From positions 126,157 through 190,156 of the forward strand of contig JBNGIO010005882.1 in NCBI GenBank assembly GCA_049999805.1: a DNA stretch of 64,000 bases, given 5' to 3'. Positions 34,515 through 46,400 of the stretch are shown piece by piece (position 1 is the first letter of the stretch; the number at the start of each line of letters is the position of its first letter). Source of the DNA: Folioceros fuciformis (lineage: Eukaryota). The translations under genes were made by a program, and so were the position numbers. Below the pieces are notes generated by a model. It was not told where the DNA came from. It saw only the letters and a list, made by a program, of their open reading frames with translations, and ran no database searches.

Positions 34515-35513
34515 ATGAGTAATCAAATGTTGGAAGAGATGGATGCGAAACTTGGAACACTAGCTGAAGACATGCATTGCCCCCTTGATTGGTTACCAAT
34601 ATTTCTTCGGCAAAAGTATAACGAGAACTGCAAGCTTCACACTTGCAAGAAAAAGTCAAAGTGCAAGAAGTTTTGTATTCAATGCCAAGATGTTTCATTT
34701 TGCAAGAAGTGTCGAAAGAATTCACATGTTGGGCATAAAGTATTAAGTGTTCAAACAGTAAATCAATGCAATGTTATTAGCGTTTCAAAGATTCAGAGGC
34801 TTTCACTTATGATATGCCTTGAAGATGTTACTATCTTCTCGCATAACAACAAGAAGCGCATATTGTTATCTCCTAGTTTGATGCAAGATTCAAAATGTAT
34901 GAGCACCACATGTGTAATGAGTCATCTTGTTATTGGATCCAATGAATGTAGTAGCTTGAAGACTTATTGCAGCCTTTATTGCAAGTACGTACACCGTGGC
35001 ATTGAAGGGTTTAGATCTAATTGTCACATGTCGAAGAAGAGAAGCGCGAGTTGCCAAGCTGCTTCTAATAACGGTGATGCAACCATGACAAATGATTCTT
35101 ATTACAATGCTACTATGAATGCAGGTAACGTGGTTAACGTTTGCATTGTGATGACAAACCATCTTCAATATGTTTTGAAAAATATGTAAGAATTTTAACA
35201 GAATGTTTCTTTTAATTTTGTAGCCACGCCTTTGAACACGTGGAGTGAGGAAGTTTATGGTCTAGACGAATTGAAGAATGAGAATAAGATATCAAAGATA
35301 AACGATTATGGTCCAAACAAATGAATAAAGAGGGACACTATCAAGTTATCTCAAGGAGAAGTGAGTGAACCAAGCAATGCTACGTATGACACCGAGTTAT
35401 CTGAGTTAGAGAAAGGAGCTTTGGAAGGTCTTGTTATGTTGAGAAAAAAGAAAGAAGAATTAGAAAGGTGCAAGTCACGCAAACCTACAAATGAGGCCAA
35501 GCCATTGAGTTAG
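34515..35513 (+). pseudogene. Divergent PLATZ zinc-finger transcription factor, probably with a premature stop in exon 2
   Basis: PLDWL..CKLH..FCIQC..FCKKC..HVGHKVL..IQ..YCSLYCK matches PLATZ Cys/His spacing. Candidate intron 35125-35223; TGA at 35322 interrupts a frame that continues to ...KSRKPTNEAKPLS* at 35513. Confidence 0.7.
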
Positions 35514-36769
35514 AGAAAGATACTCGAAAGGTCTTCTCTTGCAAAACAAATAAAACAAAGCTTTGCAAGGTCTCTTCCTTTGTTGAAGATATTGACAAAA
35601 GCTTTTGGATAGCTTCTTCTGCATAAGATTTATCAATGGAGTTTCAATCAATTGACCACTAACATGATTATTAGAGATTTAGTTCAATAGACCAAGATTT
35701 AGTTATTCTGGAGCATAATCAATCAATCCTAGCTCTGCAGATTAATCCTAGCTCTGTAGAATTCACATCCCAATGTTAAGAGTTTATATAAGAAACTTAA
35801 TCATGTTTCGAAAGAACACGTCGAATATGTGAACCTTTTAATTTTCAATATATATTTATTTTATTTTATATACATATTTAATATAATCAAAATTTAAAGC
35901 ATTAGTGATAAGATTTAATATATCGTGATGTTTTCCATAGGTCCAACTTTAAGTACATGCCATACAAATCTCATTCTTAATTTGCACAGGGATAAGAGCA
36001 TAATTTCAAGATCTTATATGTTTTTACTTGAGAAAAATAAGAAAAAAAAAATCTACTGCGAAAGAGAGAAGACAAATCACTAAAGGTGACAACCCCATTT
36101 GGGGTTAGCCCCTGAAGATACATACCACCAAAGGTACTACAATCACGGGAGGCACCCTAGCCATTAAAGTTGTTTAGCCTAAAACCCATGCACAATATCA
36201 ATGTCCAAGCCTAAAACCCATGCACAATATCATGGTCCGAAAGGAGGAAGAGTCTACCTATTATTGGAGTCCTTGACACTACCATCCTTCCCATTCATGT
36301 TGTCCTCTATATGGTATTAGCCAATGGCCACTATTGTGCAATGAAAACTCTTTGATGAAAGAATGCTATAGTACATGTGAGAGTAAGACCAAACCTATTT
36401 TTCCAGTTGTGAACCGTCTTGATGCGAGACTTCAAAAGACTTGGAAAATGCTTGATACATGGTTGCACGGATCTCACCGACAAGAAAGATAAAGATGTGG
36501 CCAACCTTTACAGGGTTGTACTTGTCAATCTTGGCGGATGCGCTCCCCTTCATTGATCCAAAACATGCTCATTGATCCAAACCTGTGTGCGGTCTGTCAC
36601 AACCACATCAGCAACATAAACTTGTTCTCTTTGGATGGGGAAAAGGTTATCTCGGAGAGAAAGACTACTCAGTACAGTGTACAGACTCTTCTTCAAAATC
36701 ATACTATTGGCCAACAAAAACATGACATCAAGCATGGCAAACTTAACTACGTGTTGTCCCCTATTGGGC

Positions 36770-37262
36770 AACGAGCAAGGTGTGTTACAAAGTTATCAAG
36801 TGGGACCTCATAAGTGCAAGAGGAGAGAGGGTAACGAGCAAGAGCAAGGTGTGTTACAATGTTGTCGAGTTGTGCAAAAGGAGAGGAGGTAATGACCAAG
36901 GTGTGTTACAACATTGTCCAGTCGCGCCCCACAAGTGCAAGAGGAGAGAGGGTAACAAGCAAGGTGTGTTACAAAATTGTCGAGTGGCGGTCCATGAGTG
37001 CAAGAGGAGAAAAGGTAATGAGCAAGGTGTGTTACAAAGCTGTTGAATGACGCCCATAAGTCCAAGACGAGAGAGGGTAACCAGCAAGGTGTGTTACAAA
37101 GTTGTCGAATGACGCCGAATAAGTGCAGAAGGTAACTAGGAAGGTGTGTTACAAAGTTGTCAAATGACACCAAATAAGTGCAAGACGAGAGAGGGTAACC
37201 AGCAAGGTGTGTTACAAAGTTGTCGAATGGTGCCGAATAAGTGTAAGAGGAGAGAGGGTAGG
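36770..37262. repeat. Minisatellite, ~8 copies of a ~56-68-bp unit (GCAAGGTGTGTTACAAAGTTGTCGAAT...AAGTGCAAGAGGAGAGAGGGTAAC)
   Basis: Directly visible; generates the repetitive ORFs at 36635-37173. Confidence 0.9.
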
Positions 37263-37599
37263 CCTAAGTTTTGCCTTAACCAAGGTGAAACCTCATCGCA
37301 ATAGAATGCCTCATTGCAATACAAAATGTGGCTTGTGCAATTGAGAAAGCTGGGATGTTGGGTTGAGCTAAGAGCTTAGGACAAGATTATATCTTCATTC
37401 CAATGTAGATGATACAATCGTTTAAATGATGTGTCTATCACAAATTGCTGAGCAATTAGTGTAATACACGAATTACAAAAATTGTCGAGCAATTAGTGTA
37501 ATACACGGATTAATAAGTGCATTGTCTCAACTTTGGTTGCTCTATACATGTCTCAATCATAAACATTCAAGTAAGGAATGAGATGAAGAAGATAGCTAG

Positions 37600-37772
37600 G
37601 GATATCCTCTAGTGATCCTTTTGGTTACCTCTTTAGAGGTAGATGGTGCTTTGTCTCAACTCTTTAGGGGTATATGGTGATTTATCTAACCTCTTTAGAA
37701 ATAGATAGTGATTTATTATACCTCTTTAAGGGTTAATTATGATTTATCTTACCTCTTTAGGGGTAGATGGTT
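37600..37772. repeat. Degenerate ~31-bp tandem repeat (ACCTCTTTAGGGGTAGATGGTGATTTAT)
   Basis: About 5 imperfect copies. Confidence 0.7.
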
Positions 37773-38379
37773 ACGAAGATATCTGGACTTGCTCATCGAT
37801 GTGGAACTTATTAGACGAGCCAAGATCATTCGGGGCCGTTGGTACCCTAAAACTAGATAGGCTTGGGCTCGTTCTCTTGGACCAATCAACTTTTTGTAAC
37901 CATTTTTCTTGTTTACTCGACTGCGAACTTTTCCATCTCGATTTAAGTCTGCATGTTTTGTGCCAAGATCATTTTGGTTCCACGAGCTGACAGGATGTTA
38001 TCCACACATAGTCTGGAATGGAGTATTTTGAGCATCATGCCATGGGAGAAAGGCCAGATTTTGAATGATAGGTGGATAGAGTACATAGCTATGTGCTCCG
38101 ACACAGCATCGTGGCTCGAACCCACACAGTCTAAGCTATGGAGGGGATGGACGTTGGAAGGCCATGTGACATTAGACGGCCATGCTGGTGATTAATAATG
38201 TGTACCTGTGGAGTGAGATGCGTGGGTAAGTGGGCAAGACAGTCCAGACAGTAGAAGGTACCTGCCCACCTCTCTGAGAAGAGAGAGCTCGCCCCACTCG
38301 GCGCTGGGCTGGCCAGGGAGTCACCAACTCTGTGTGGAGGGCTGGTCAGGTAGGTAGGTCCTCCGGCCTGGGCCTTGGC

Positions 38380-38415
<36 letters not shown>

Positions 38416-38484
38416 CTTTGGCTCAGACTGATGTCAATTGCCTGCCCCAGTTGCATCTCCATCACCCGCGCGCCACTCGGGTAG

Positions 38485-41252
38485 ATGGCCACATTGCTGA
38501 TGCGGACGCCAGAGCTCTCCAGCAGCGCTGACAGCCTCGGCCTCCCCAACCACGCCCGCATCCATGTTGCTGACACTACTCCGCGCTTCTCCCGCCTGCC
38601 GCAAGCTGAGGTGACGATAGCCAAGGGGCAGGGCCAGGCTCCATGTACCGGCCGCTCAAGAAGGGCCAAGAGTGTGCACAAGAAGCAGCCGCAGCGGGGA
38701 CTCGGAGTTGCGCAGCTCGAGAAGCTGCGGTTGCAGGAGCAGAGCAAGCAGGAGGCTGCATGCCTCGCCTCCTTCCACGCCTCCTTCCCGGAGCAGTGCG
38801 CGACCTCCTTGTGTTTCCAGGCGTCTGCGAACCCGTCCTGCCATGTTAAGGCTCACCTCCCGCTGCCTGTGCCTGCACTCTCCCTCGCCACCTCCAACGA
38901 CTCTCCGCTCACCTCCGACACCGATGCCACTGGGTGCATTGTGTCCCTCGGGCCCTCGCAATCTTTTCCGGGATCCAGCTCCCGGCAGCTGAAGCTCGGA
39001 CGGCCGCACGATGAGGAGGCTGCGATGCCGTCACTGGAGCTGCGGAGTTCCGGCACGCCGGTGGTCGCATTCTGCCTGGAGAAGGTGGACTCGGCTGGAG
39101 CTGGGGCCGGGGTGGAGGCGGAGAGCAGAGTTGGAACTCTGCTCAGGGTTTGCCCGCCTAATGCTGCGTCCCTGTTCCCGAATGTATTTGCTACGCAAGT
39201 TTCAGGCGTGGATGCTCACGTCAGGTCAGAGGAGGAGCAGGAGGAGGCCAGGCGTCAGGCCAAGAGGGTGTATGGGGAGAGAGGGAAAGAGGTTCCTCGC
39301 ATCAACGGGAAGGATCCGCTTACCTTCATGGATCTTGATTATTATGACTCGGACGCCTCTCATCTGCAGAGGAGCCACATGCTAGAGGAGCTCTCTTCTT
39401 TCCAAAGCTTTTCAAGCAATCAAGTCTGGCCTCCCGGGGAAAAGGCAAGCGTCTGGACCTGGCGTCTAGTAGGGCCTCCCCATTTTCCTGTCTGTTTGGG
39501 CTCTACACTGACTGACCTAGGCGTGGAACAGACCGGTGTAGTGCAGTGTGGTGGTTGTCATGTTTCAATCGCGCTGCTTATGTTGCCGGCACAAATGAGC
39601 CTTCATCTCTCCATTTCAATTTGTTTGACAATGCAGATTCTTGGAAGGAAACGACCTTGGGGTGCTGTGCAAGACAGACTCAAGTCTCTGAGCAGTTCCA
39701 ATGGACTGGATCTCAACTCCGAAAGTTGTAAGCGAGACGTGCTGCAGACGGAGCAGCACAGCACCGATGCTGCTGCCCACGTGGCAGACAACCAGGCGGG
39801 AGTTCATTACACAACTGGAGCTGTGAGGTACTTCTACGTCACTGCTTCATACTGTTGCCTTGTGCTGGTTACAGGGACCTTCCTCGCAGATGGCCTTACC
39901 ACATTTTTGAAGGCAAGTTTGCTGAACTGTAGACCTGGCTGGCATTCCAGAACGGCCCTGGGCCAGACATCATGTCTACCTACCATTGGTAAGGGAAAGC
40001 AGGGTTGCCTAACCTCTCAAAGGCAGGACAGTGGGAGCCCTTCCTCTGTTAGCGGATGTTTCTCAGAGATGAGTGTCTTTCCTGTCCCGGCCCTGCATTC
40101 GGAATTGTGTACAGTGAAGGACAGTTGCTCAAGCGCATCTCCGAATAGTACATACTCTGTCGCTGGGCGGATTGGAGGGTTGGAGATCACGGATGTCTCA
40201 GATGATGTTGGCCTAAGTCCCCCAGTATCCGACAACGATTTCTTGAGTCTGGGGCTCTCAAGCTGTGCATACCTTCCTGCAGAGCACTACGACAACAAAG
40301 AGAGTATGCGGAGTAGTGATGGGAATCCACAACGACAGGATAGCTTGAAGCACAGCATGTCCAGTACCTGTGTCAATGTTCAACCATGTTCTGGCAAAGT
40401 ACAGCTATCAGTTAATTACAAGGTACTTCCCCGTAACTTACCATGGAAGTCCTAGTCCTCTGTTTGGTAAGTAGAGCATGGAAGTGGGATCCGGAAAACG
40501 TAAAGGCTTGCTTTGCGTGTGCTGCACCTCAGGGGCAGTTTGCAGCAGGGACAGTCCACGTGACCCAGATGAGGTTGCTCTCTTTCGTTATGTCACACAG
40601 CAGATCTTACGTTGTCGGGGAGATTTCAGTTCTTGCTGAGCTGTAGTGGGCATGCTTTCAGAAGCACTCGGGAGTCAGTGTCTGGATACCAGCCCAAGGG
40701 GAAGTGAAACTATCTTGGTACATTTTTTTCCCACTTTTTGATCCACTTTGAAAGTCTAGGTGTGTCGAAGAGAGAACCCATATCCTTGTCCCGAAGTACT
40801 TCAGGCGTGACGAACGGGGAAGAGGGGTGTGGGGAGTTGAGGAGGGGACAAGAAGAGTGTAGACAAATGCTCGATGGAACCATGGCCCACCTTGCGTGTT
40901 GTCACCTGGTGCACATCTGAGAATGCCATGCCCTGCTTGGTATGTTCCCATGGTGTCCACGATGTAGGAACGCTGGCTTGGAACTTGTGCTGACGCTCAA
41001 AGATTTGTGTCACAGGAACAAAATTGTGAGGTGGCTGCGGACAAAAAGAGAGGCACTTTTGACCCTGGCCGAGAGAGGAATGTGCTCACCTCAACTGACT
41101 GGACAGGCCTGCCTTGCACACCATCGGAAGTTTACAACAAGACTTTTTTCTCGTCATATGGTAGAGGCCTCGAAGACGACCATGAGCTGGTGCATTATCT
41201 AGAGAAGTGCTCCGAGGACAGCTTGGATTTGAGTCTGAAGTTAGCCTTGTGA
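38485..41252 (+). CDS. SPOROCYTELESS/NOZZLE-SPEAR/TIE family EAR-motif transcriptional repressor (multi-exon)
   Basis: N-terminal KKQPQRGLGVAQLEKLRLQEQ (SPL/SPEAR motif), RKRP basic stretch, C-terminal LDLSLKLAL* EAR motif in the last exon; internal exon structure uncertain. Confidence 0.8.
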
Positions 41253-41514
41253 GACCTGGGTAGCCATAGTGCTTTGTGCAACCTCAGGCTTTTACTGAAG
41301 CCACAACTAGTGCTACGCACAAGGACACGATCATTTCCTGGATTGTGAAGCAGGTCGTAGTTCACAAATCTGGCGTAGCAAGACATATCATGTATCTCCT
41401 AATTGTCTCTGTGTTTTTCCTTAAAACGCCAAAACTTCAGCTGGAGATCTGACGGTCCCTCCACCGAGATGTCACGTTATCACACATGCTTCGTGAGGAG
41501 TCTGTTCCACTGCT

Positions 41515-43995
41515 ATGAAGGGTGGCAAAAGGGAGGGTGAGACGTGCTCACCGCTAGGTGAGCACCTCCTGGATCGTTTGGACTGCATCTTCGAGTGGGA
41601 TCCGCTTATGTATGGGCCACCCTCTCTTTCGTGTTCCCACGTCTTCGCCGCGGCTGTAGGGGATCCTTACCTACCTTTGGTGCTTGCAGCGATGAAGTCG
41701 GCTTTGTGCATCCGTCACAACTGTCAAGCCTGCAGCTTGAGGGCAACTGCCCGGCCGATGATGCCGCCCTTGCGCTCTCTCCCTTGTCTGGAGAGCTACC
41801 CCACAATGAGAATGGTGCACGCGATGACCTTGTGGTCTACTGCGGGAACCACAAGCTAGCCATTGCCTTCCCGGCACTGCGGGCCTTGTACAGGGCCGCC
41901 AGATCCATCTTCGCCAGCGCAAGCGATCAGTACAGGTCATGCTCTCGGGTTTATGGAACTCGTGTCTCCACCGTGGAGGCCTCGAAGTTAGAGGACACGC
42001 TCTTGAGCTGTTCCAGAGCTCTTGTTATCGTCAATTGCGATCATGCCAGTGCTTGGAATATTCGGTACTTGCTGCCTGTCGAGCTCACAGGGTTTGGATT
42101 GTGGTTGGCTCTGCTGTCAAATTCCAACTTCGTATGTTTTGCAGAAAACGGATCTTTTCGGGCCGGCCTGTCACTTCAGATGCAATGACTGCAGAGCTTC
42201 GCCTATCCAGCGTTGTACTCTGCTGTAGACCGAAAAGCGAGGAAACATGGAGCCACAGGTGCGACTCCACTTGCTTTCATATCGTTGCGTTGGTATGGCT
42301 GTTTGTTCGGACGGTGAGCATATCCTCTCTTGTGCAGGCGGTGGGCGATAAAAATGTTGTTTGCACACGGGACTGGGTCTACCAACATGGATAAAATTGT
42401 TGAGGATGAATCATTGCTCGTAGAGCTCTTCGCCGAGGTAAACAATCAACTGTAATCCTGTTCTGCAGGGTTGAAATTTTGCCACGGCTTGCTCTGAAGG
42501 GGGCTTCATGGCAATCGAGCGTAAGTTCTTTTGGGTCCCCCGGTTGTTATACTTGCACATGCTCCTTTTTTATGCCTGCTAGTAGTGCTTGTTCTTTTCT
42601 CTTATGTCAGTACGCCATCCTCGGAGTGCAGACAGTGGGCTTACAGCCGCCTTCTTGATTGGGGTGTGGCAGAGATCACACATGAATTATCGAGCATGGC
42701 GACATCGCTACTGGCTTGTCTCCTTCATGTCCTTGTCCCAGGTATTGACCGTTGTTCCTTTCGCAAGTGTGTGCTCTCTTTTTCGTGTCTGTTGCAGACT
42801 CTCATTGTATGTCATTCTCAGAGCATAGGAAGGTTGTTTTATGTTTGAAGTCCTTAAATCTTTGCTTCTGCTGTACAGATAATATTAGAGCTGAAGAGAA
42901 CAAAGCCATGGGCTCAAGTTCATGTGTCAGACAATTCCTGCTTTCACTATCGAAGGGTTTGAAATCTGTTGCACACCACTCCAACCTCTCCTTGCCTGAT
43001 TTCATGACCACGTGCTCCAGAGAGTTGCGAAGCATAGGTCTGCGTATGGTTTTTGTGAGCGGCCAGTGGAACCATGCGGTAATGCATCACGCCATGGTCT
43101 TGGCATGACAGTAAGACATCACATGGTTGAAGGAAGTTGCTTTGCTGTTGCCAGTGCTTGTTGCGACGATTGCTGGAAGGAAGCCCTCCTGACGTACAGG
43201 GGATGGATGACTTTAGTGCAGCCAGTATTCTGGACACTGCCCCAGCTTTATCCTGGAAGGCACGTGCCTCCTCGACCTGGAATGTTGTACAACTGCTCCG
43301 CCATTGCAGCCGCCCCGCTGCCTTGTGGTCATGGAGTCTGGTTTGTTTCCTCTGTATTTTGACATAACCGTTTCCGATGCTGCAGGAGGAACTTCTGTGG
43401 AACAGAGAATTGATTTGCCGGTTCATAGGGCATGAGGTTATAAACAGTCTCACTGTTGAAGACATGCAGCTTGTGGGGATTCCCATTTCACCTGGGATCT
43501 CCCAGTGCAGCTGCCATTACCGATCTCTGACCTGTCTGATTGTCTACAGGCCTTGTGGGTGCATCGGCGGTTTCTGGTAGGATCTTGGCCATGGCAGGCA
43601 ACGACCGATCAAGATGGGCATGGTCACATCAGTCCAGTCAGCAGCGAGGAGAACCAGTCATCCGTCCCGACCATCTCGGTCAAAGGCGAGCTCACGATGG
43701 CTGACCTGTGCATCTCCTCTTGCACGACGTCGTCGCCAGAGGATCTGCGTCAGCGGGAGTTCGCTGCCACCTACAAGCTCTGGCTTGTGGCCCAGGTAGG
43801 CATGATGATGCTGTGCTCGGCAGCCGGTTTCAAATTGTTTTGTGCTGGGACACTGTTGGTGATGGATGGGGTCGTGCTGACGGCAGGGTAAGAAGGAGAG
43901 TAGTGGGTTTGATACCACGGGCCTGGACCTGGATAGCATTGGAAGCCTCTTACGCGAGGCCAGCGGGCATCGACAACGTCTCTGGGATGGGCTAG
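41515..43995 (+). CDS. PTAR1: Protein prenyltransferase alpha-subunit repeat-containing protein (PTAR1-like), multi-exon
   Basis: DPL/DEVGFVHPSQ, HKLAI, VNCDHASAWNIRKR, PKSEETWSHRRW, NYRAWRHRYWLV, ELLWNRELI..GHEALWVHRRFL (PFTA repeats). Confidence 0.8.
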
Positions 43996-44389
43996 TGCCC
44001 AATCTTTTGCGGCCAATGGGGAGTAATAACAGTGGGTTGAATGTCGCGTCGGGCTACTCTAATAATAGTACACTCAGCTAGAAGCGTGTGTATGCATGTC
44101 CATTGTATCTCCTCCTTTAAAGGAGTCAGCATATTTCCGGGGAAAGTCTTCAGCCACTGTCTCGCAGCGATCGAAGGGCCGTCGTATCCGAGGCGCCGAG
44201 CAGTCATCTCGTTGCTTCTCGCACTGTTCCGCGGGCAGATGCGGAATCTCACAACATTTGAGCCGCCCGGTTGGACCTTTCTTGGGCTTGCCATTCAGAT
44301 CCCGTGGATCAGAGGTATAATATGCTGCTTCTCGTTTGCACTGTGGCCAAGATCAGGAGGAATCCTTTACTGCTGTAGTTACCTGTGAT

Positions 44390-45745
44390 TCCACCTACAG
44401 CGGAATGGAGACACGCTCGTTTTCAAGCTCGTCGGTACAGTTTCCCCAAAGCACGCAAACCAGCTGGGTGGGCCACCAGCCTAGTCAAATCTGTGAGTTT
44501 GGCCATGGGTATCTTGCCCAACTCCATCTGCAGGCCCATCAGAGCTGGCTGCGGTGGTTCGAAGCTTCCAGGAGGAGAGAAGTCACGTCACCAAGTCCAG
44601 GTCCGCCTCCGGCAAGCCATCACCTGTGAACGTCACTCTGCTGTTCAACCTTGTGAATTTGAACTCCGTAACTCGTATGGGCATAAGCAACAAAAATTCT
44701 TCGGCTACCACAGTCAAGCAGATACCGGGAAGCAAGGCACCTTGGATGCAAATCAGGTAGCCGCATTCGACTTGCTTTCACGACCGGTAAGGTGTTCACC
44801 TGACAGGAATGAACAGAAAATTTGGGATGCCCAGACTTTCCTCAGACTAATGAACTAGCTCACATGAGTGATTGCAACCCAGCTGTTCCAGGATTGTACC
44901 CCTTGTCTGTCCATTTGGGACAACTTGAAACCTGTCAAATACAGAATTCAGCGGATCCGCAAGGGAATGGACCATTTCTTGACAGCACTGATCGAGGAAC
45001 ATCTCACCGAGTGAAGAAAAGAATCTGGCCGAATAGAGGAGACTATCTTGACGCCTAAGGCACCTTTTTTGAATGAACTAGGGCAGCTGTCCAGCGATTC
45101 TGCGAAGGGACAGGTCATTGTAAGCCCCCGACGGATGATGAGAGCTACGGTGACTGTGTGGTCCAATGTAGGCAACCTCGATGTTCTTCTAGGTTTGCAA
45201 CACTGACGCTCGATTTGACGGACATGATTTTGGCAGGCCTCCACCACGAAATTTACCATGGCTGAGTTATTGCGACATCCCGCAATTTTGGAGAGGGCAG
45301 CAAAGGAGGTGAATTCTGTGGTAAGCAGCGATCGGCAGGCCACTGAAGCAAGACTTCCGAACCTACCATACCTTGCAGCCGTAGCGATAGAGACCTGAGC
45401 TCAGGTTTACATCCAGTTGTGCCTTTGTTAGTTCCGATTGTTCAACGGAGGACACCAAGGTTGCTAGCATGCTACGACATTCCTGCCCAGACAATCGAGT
45501 TTGTCAACGCATGGGCCGTATAAGCACACCCCCTGCTGTGTGGAAGGATCCCCTCCTGTTCACTCCGGAACGATTTCTCACCAGGTTCCCTTCATTCCCC
45601 TGGTTCCATTCTCGCCTTGCTCAGCTCACATCACGGTTACCCCAGGAATCGAAGTGCGAGTGCAGGCCGGACGTGAATGGTTATTCGAGGCCAGAGCTTT
45701 GAGATCCTACTTTTCATTCTATCCCTAAGCCCATTCGGCGCGGCT
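44390..45745 (+). pseudogene. Cytochrome P450 (clan-71-like) pseudogene
   Basis: Fragments TMAELLRHPAILERAAKEV, LPYLAAVAIET*, VWKDPLLFTPERFL, GQSFEIL..PFGA; many frameshifts and stops, no intact heme-binding Cys motif. Confidence 0.8.
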
Positions 45746-46344
45746 CAGTTCGTGCTCAAGGCTGGCTCAAGTTCTTGGCTCGAAAGGCTCAGGCTCTCGG
45801 CTGGACCCAGCCTCCAAGCAGGGAAGAGTAAGTTCTTCACTCGACGCCATAGCCACTTTCTCACATAGTTTCAATGTTCTACTTCACTTGTGGCAGACCA
45901 TTGTGAATTTCTCCGCTCCTTTGCAAAGAAACAGTCTGAACGAACGGCAGTGACTCTTGACATATTTGCCCAACGAGTACCCCATTGGTCTCGAAAAACG
46001 GAACGGTCCGGTGTGATGTGAAGATAACTATATATGTAGCTAGATGCGTTCTGTGAAAATGAGAAATAAGACAGAGATGCGTGTGACCACAGAAGCGCAA
46101 GGACAGGCATGCCACGCGGCAAAAACAAGTCAGCATCCGGTGGCGTGACAGCTCTGTAACAAGTCTGTACAACTTGGTTGGGGCGAGTCTCGCTCCGCGC
46201 CTGACTCGGCCTTGGGCTCGCCATCCCCCGCTCCCCTCGGTCTCGCCCATCAGCTCGTGTTTATAGCATCGCAGCGCGCTGTGCCGTGCTCCTTCGCTTA
46301 AAAGTGCCCTTTGCTCGGCTTTTGTTCTGTCTCCTTGAAGCCGA

Positions 46345-46396
46345 GGCTGGGGCTGGGGCTGGGGCTGGGGCTGGGGCTGGAGCTGGAGCTGGGGCT
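46345..46396 (+). repeat. (GGGGCT/GGAGCT)n hexamer repeat directly upstream of the ProDH start codon
   Basis: About 8 hexamer units ending 4 nt before ATG 46401. Confidence 0.9.
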
Positions 46397-46400
46397 TGCC

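Noticed and set aside
38485-40455. 656-aa single-exon protein as given in the ORF track
   Set aside because: Probably reads through in-frame introns (e.g. 39445-39636) and lacks the terminal EAR exon; treated as part of the spliced SPEAR-like gene
46311-46400. LGLGLG N-terminal extension of ProDH
   Set aside because: Starts at a non-ATG codon and only translates the hexamer repeat; ATG 46401 gives an Arg/Ser-rich mitochondrial-type presequence
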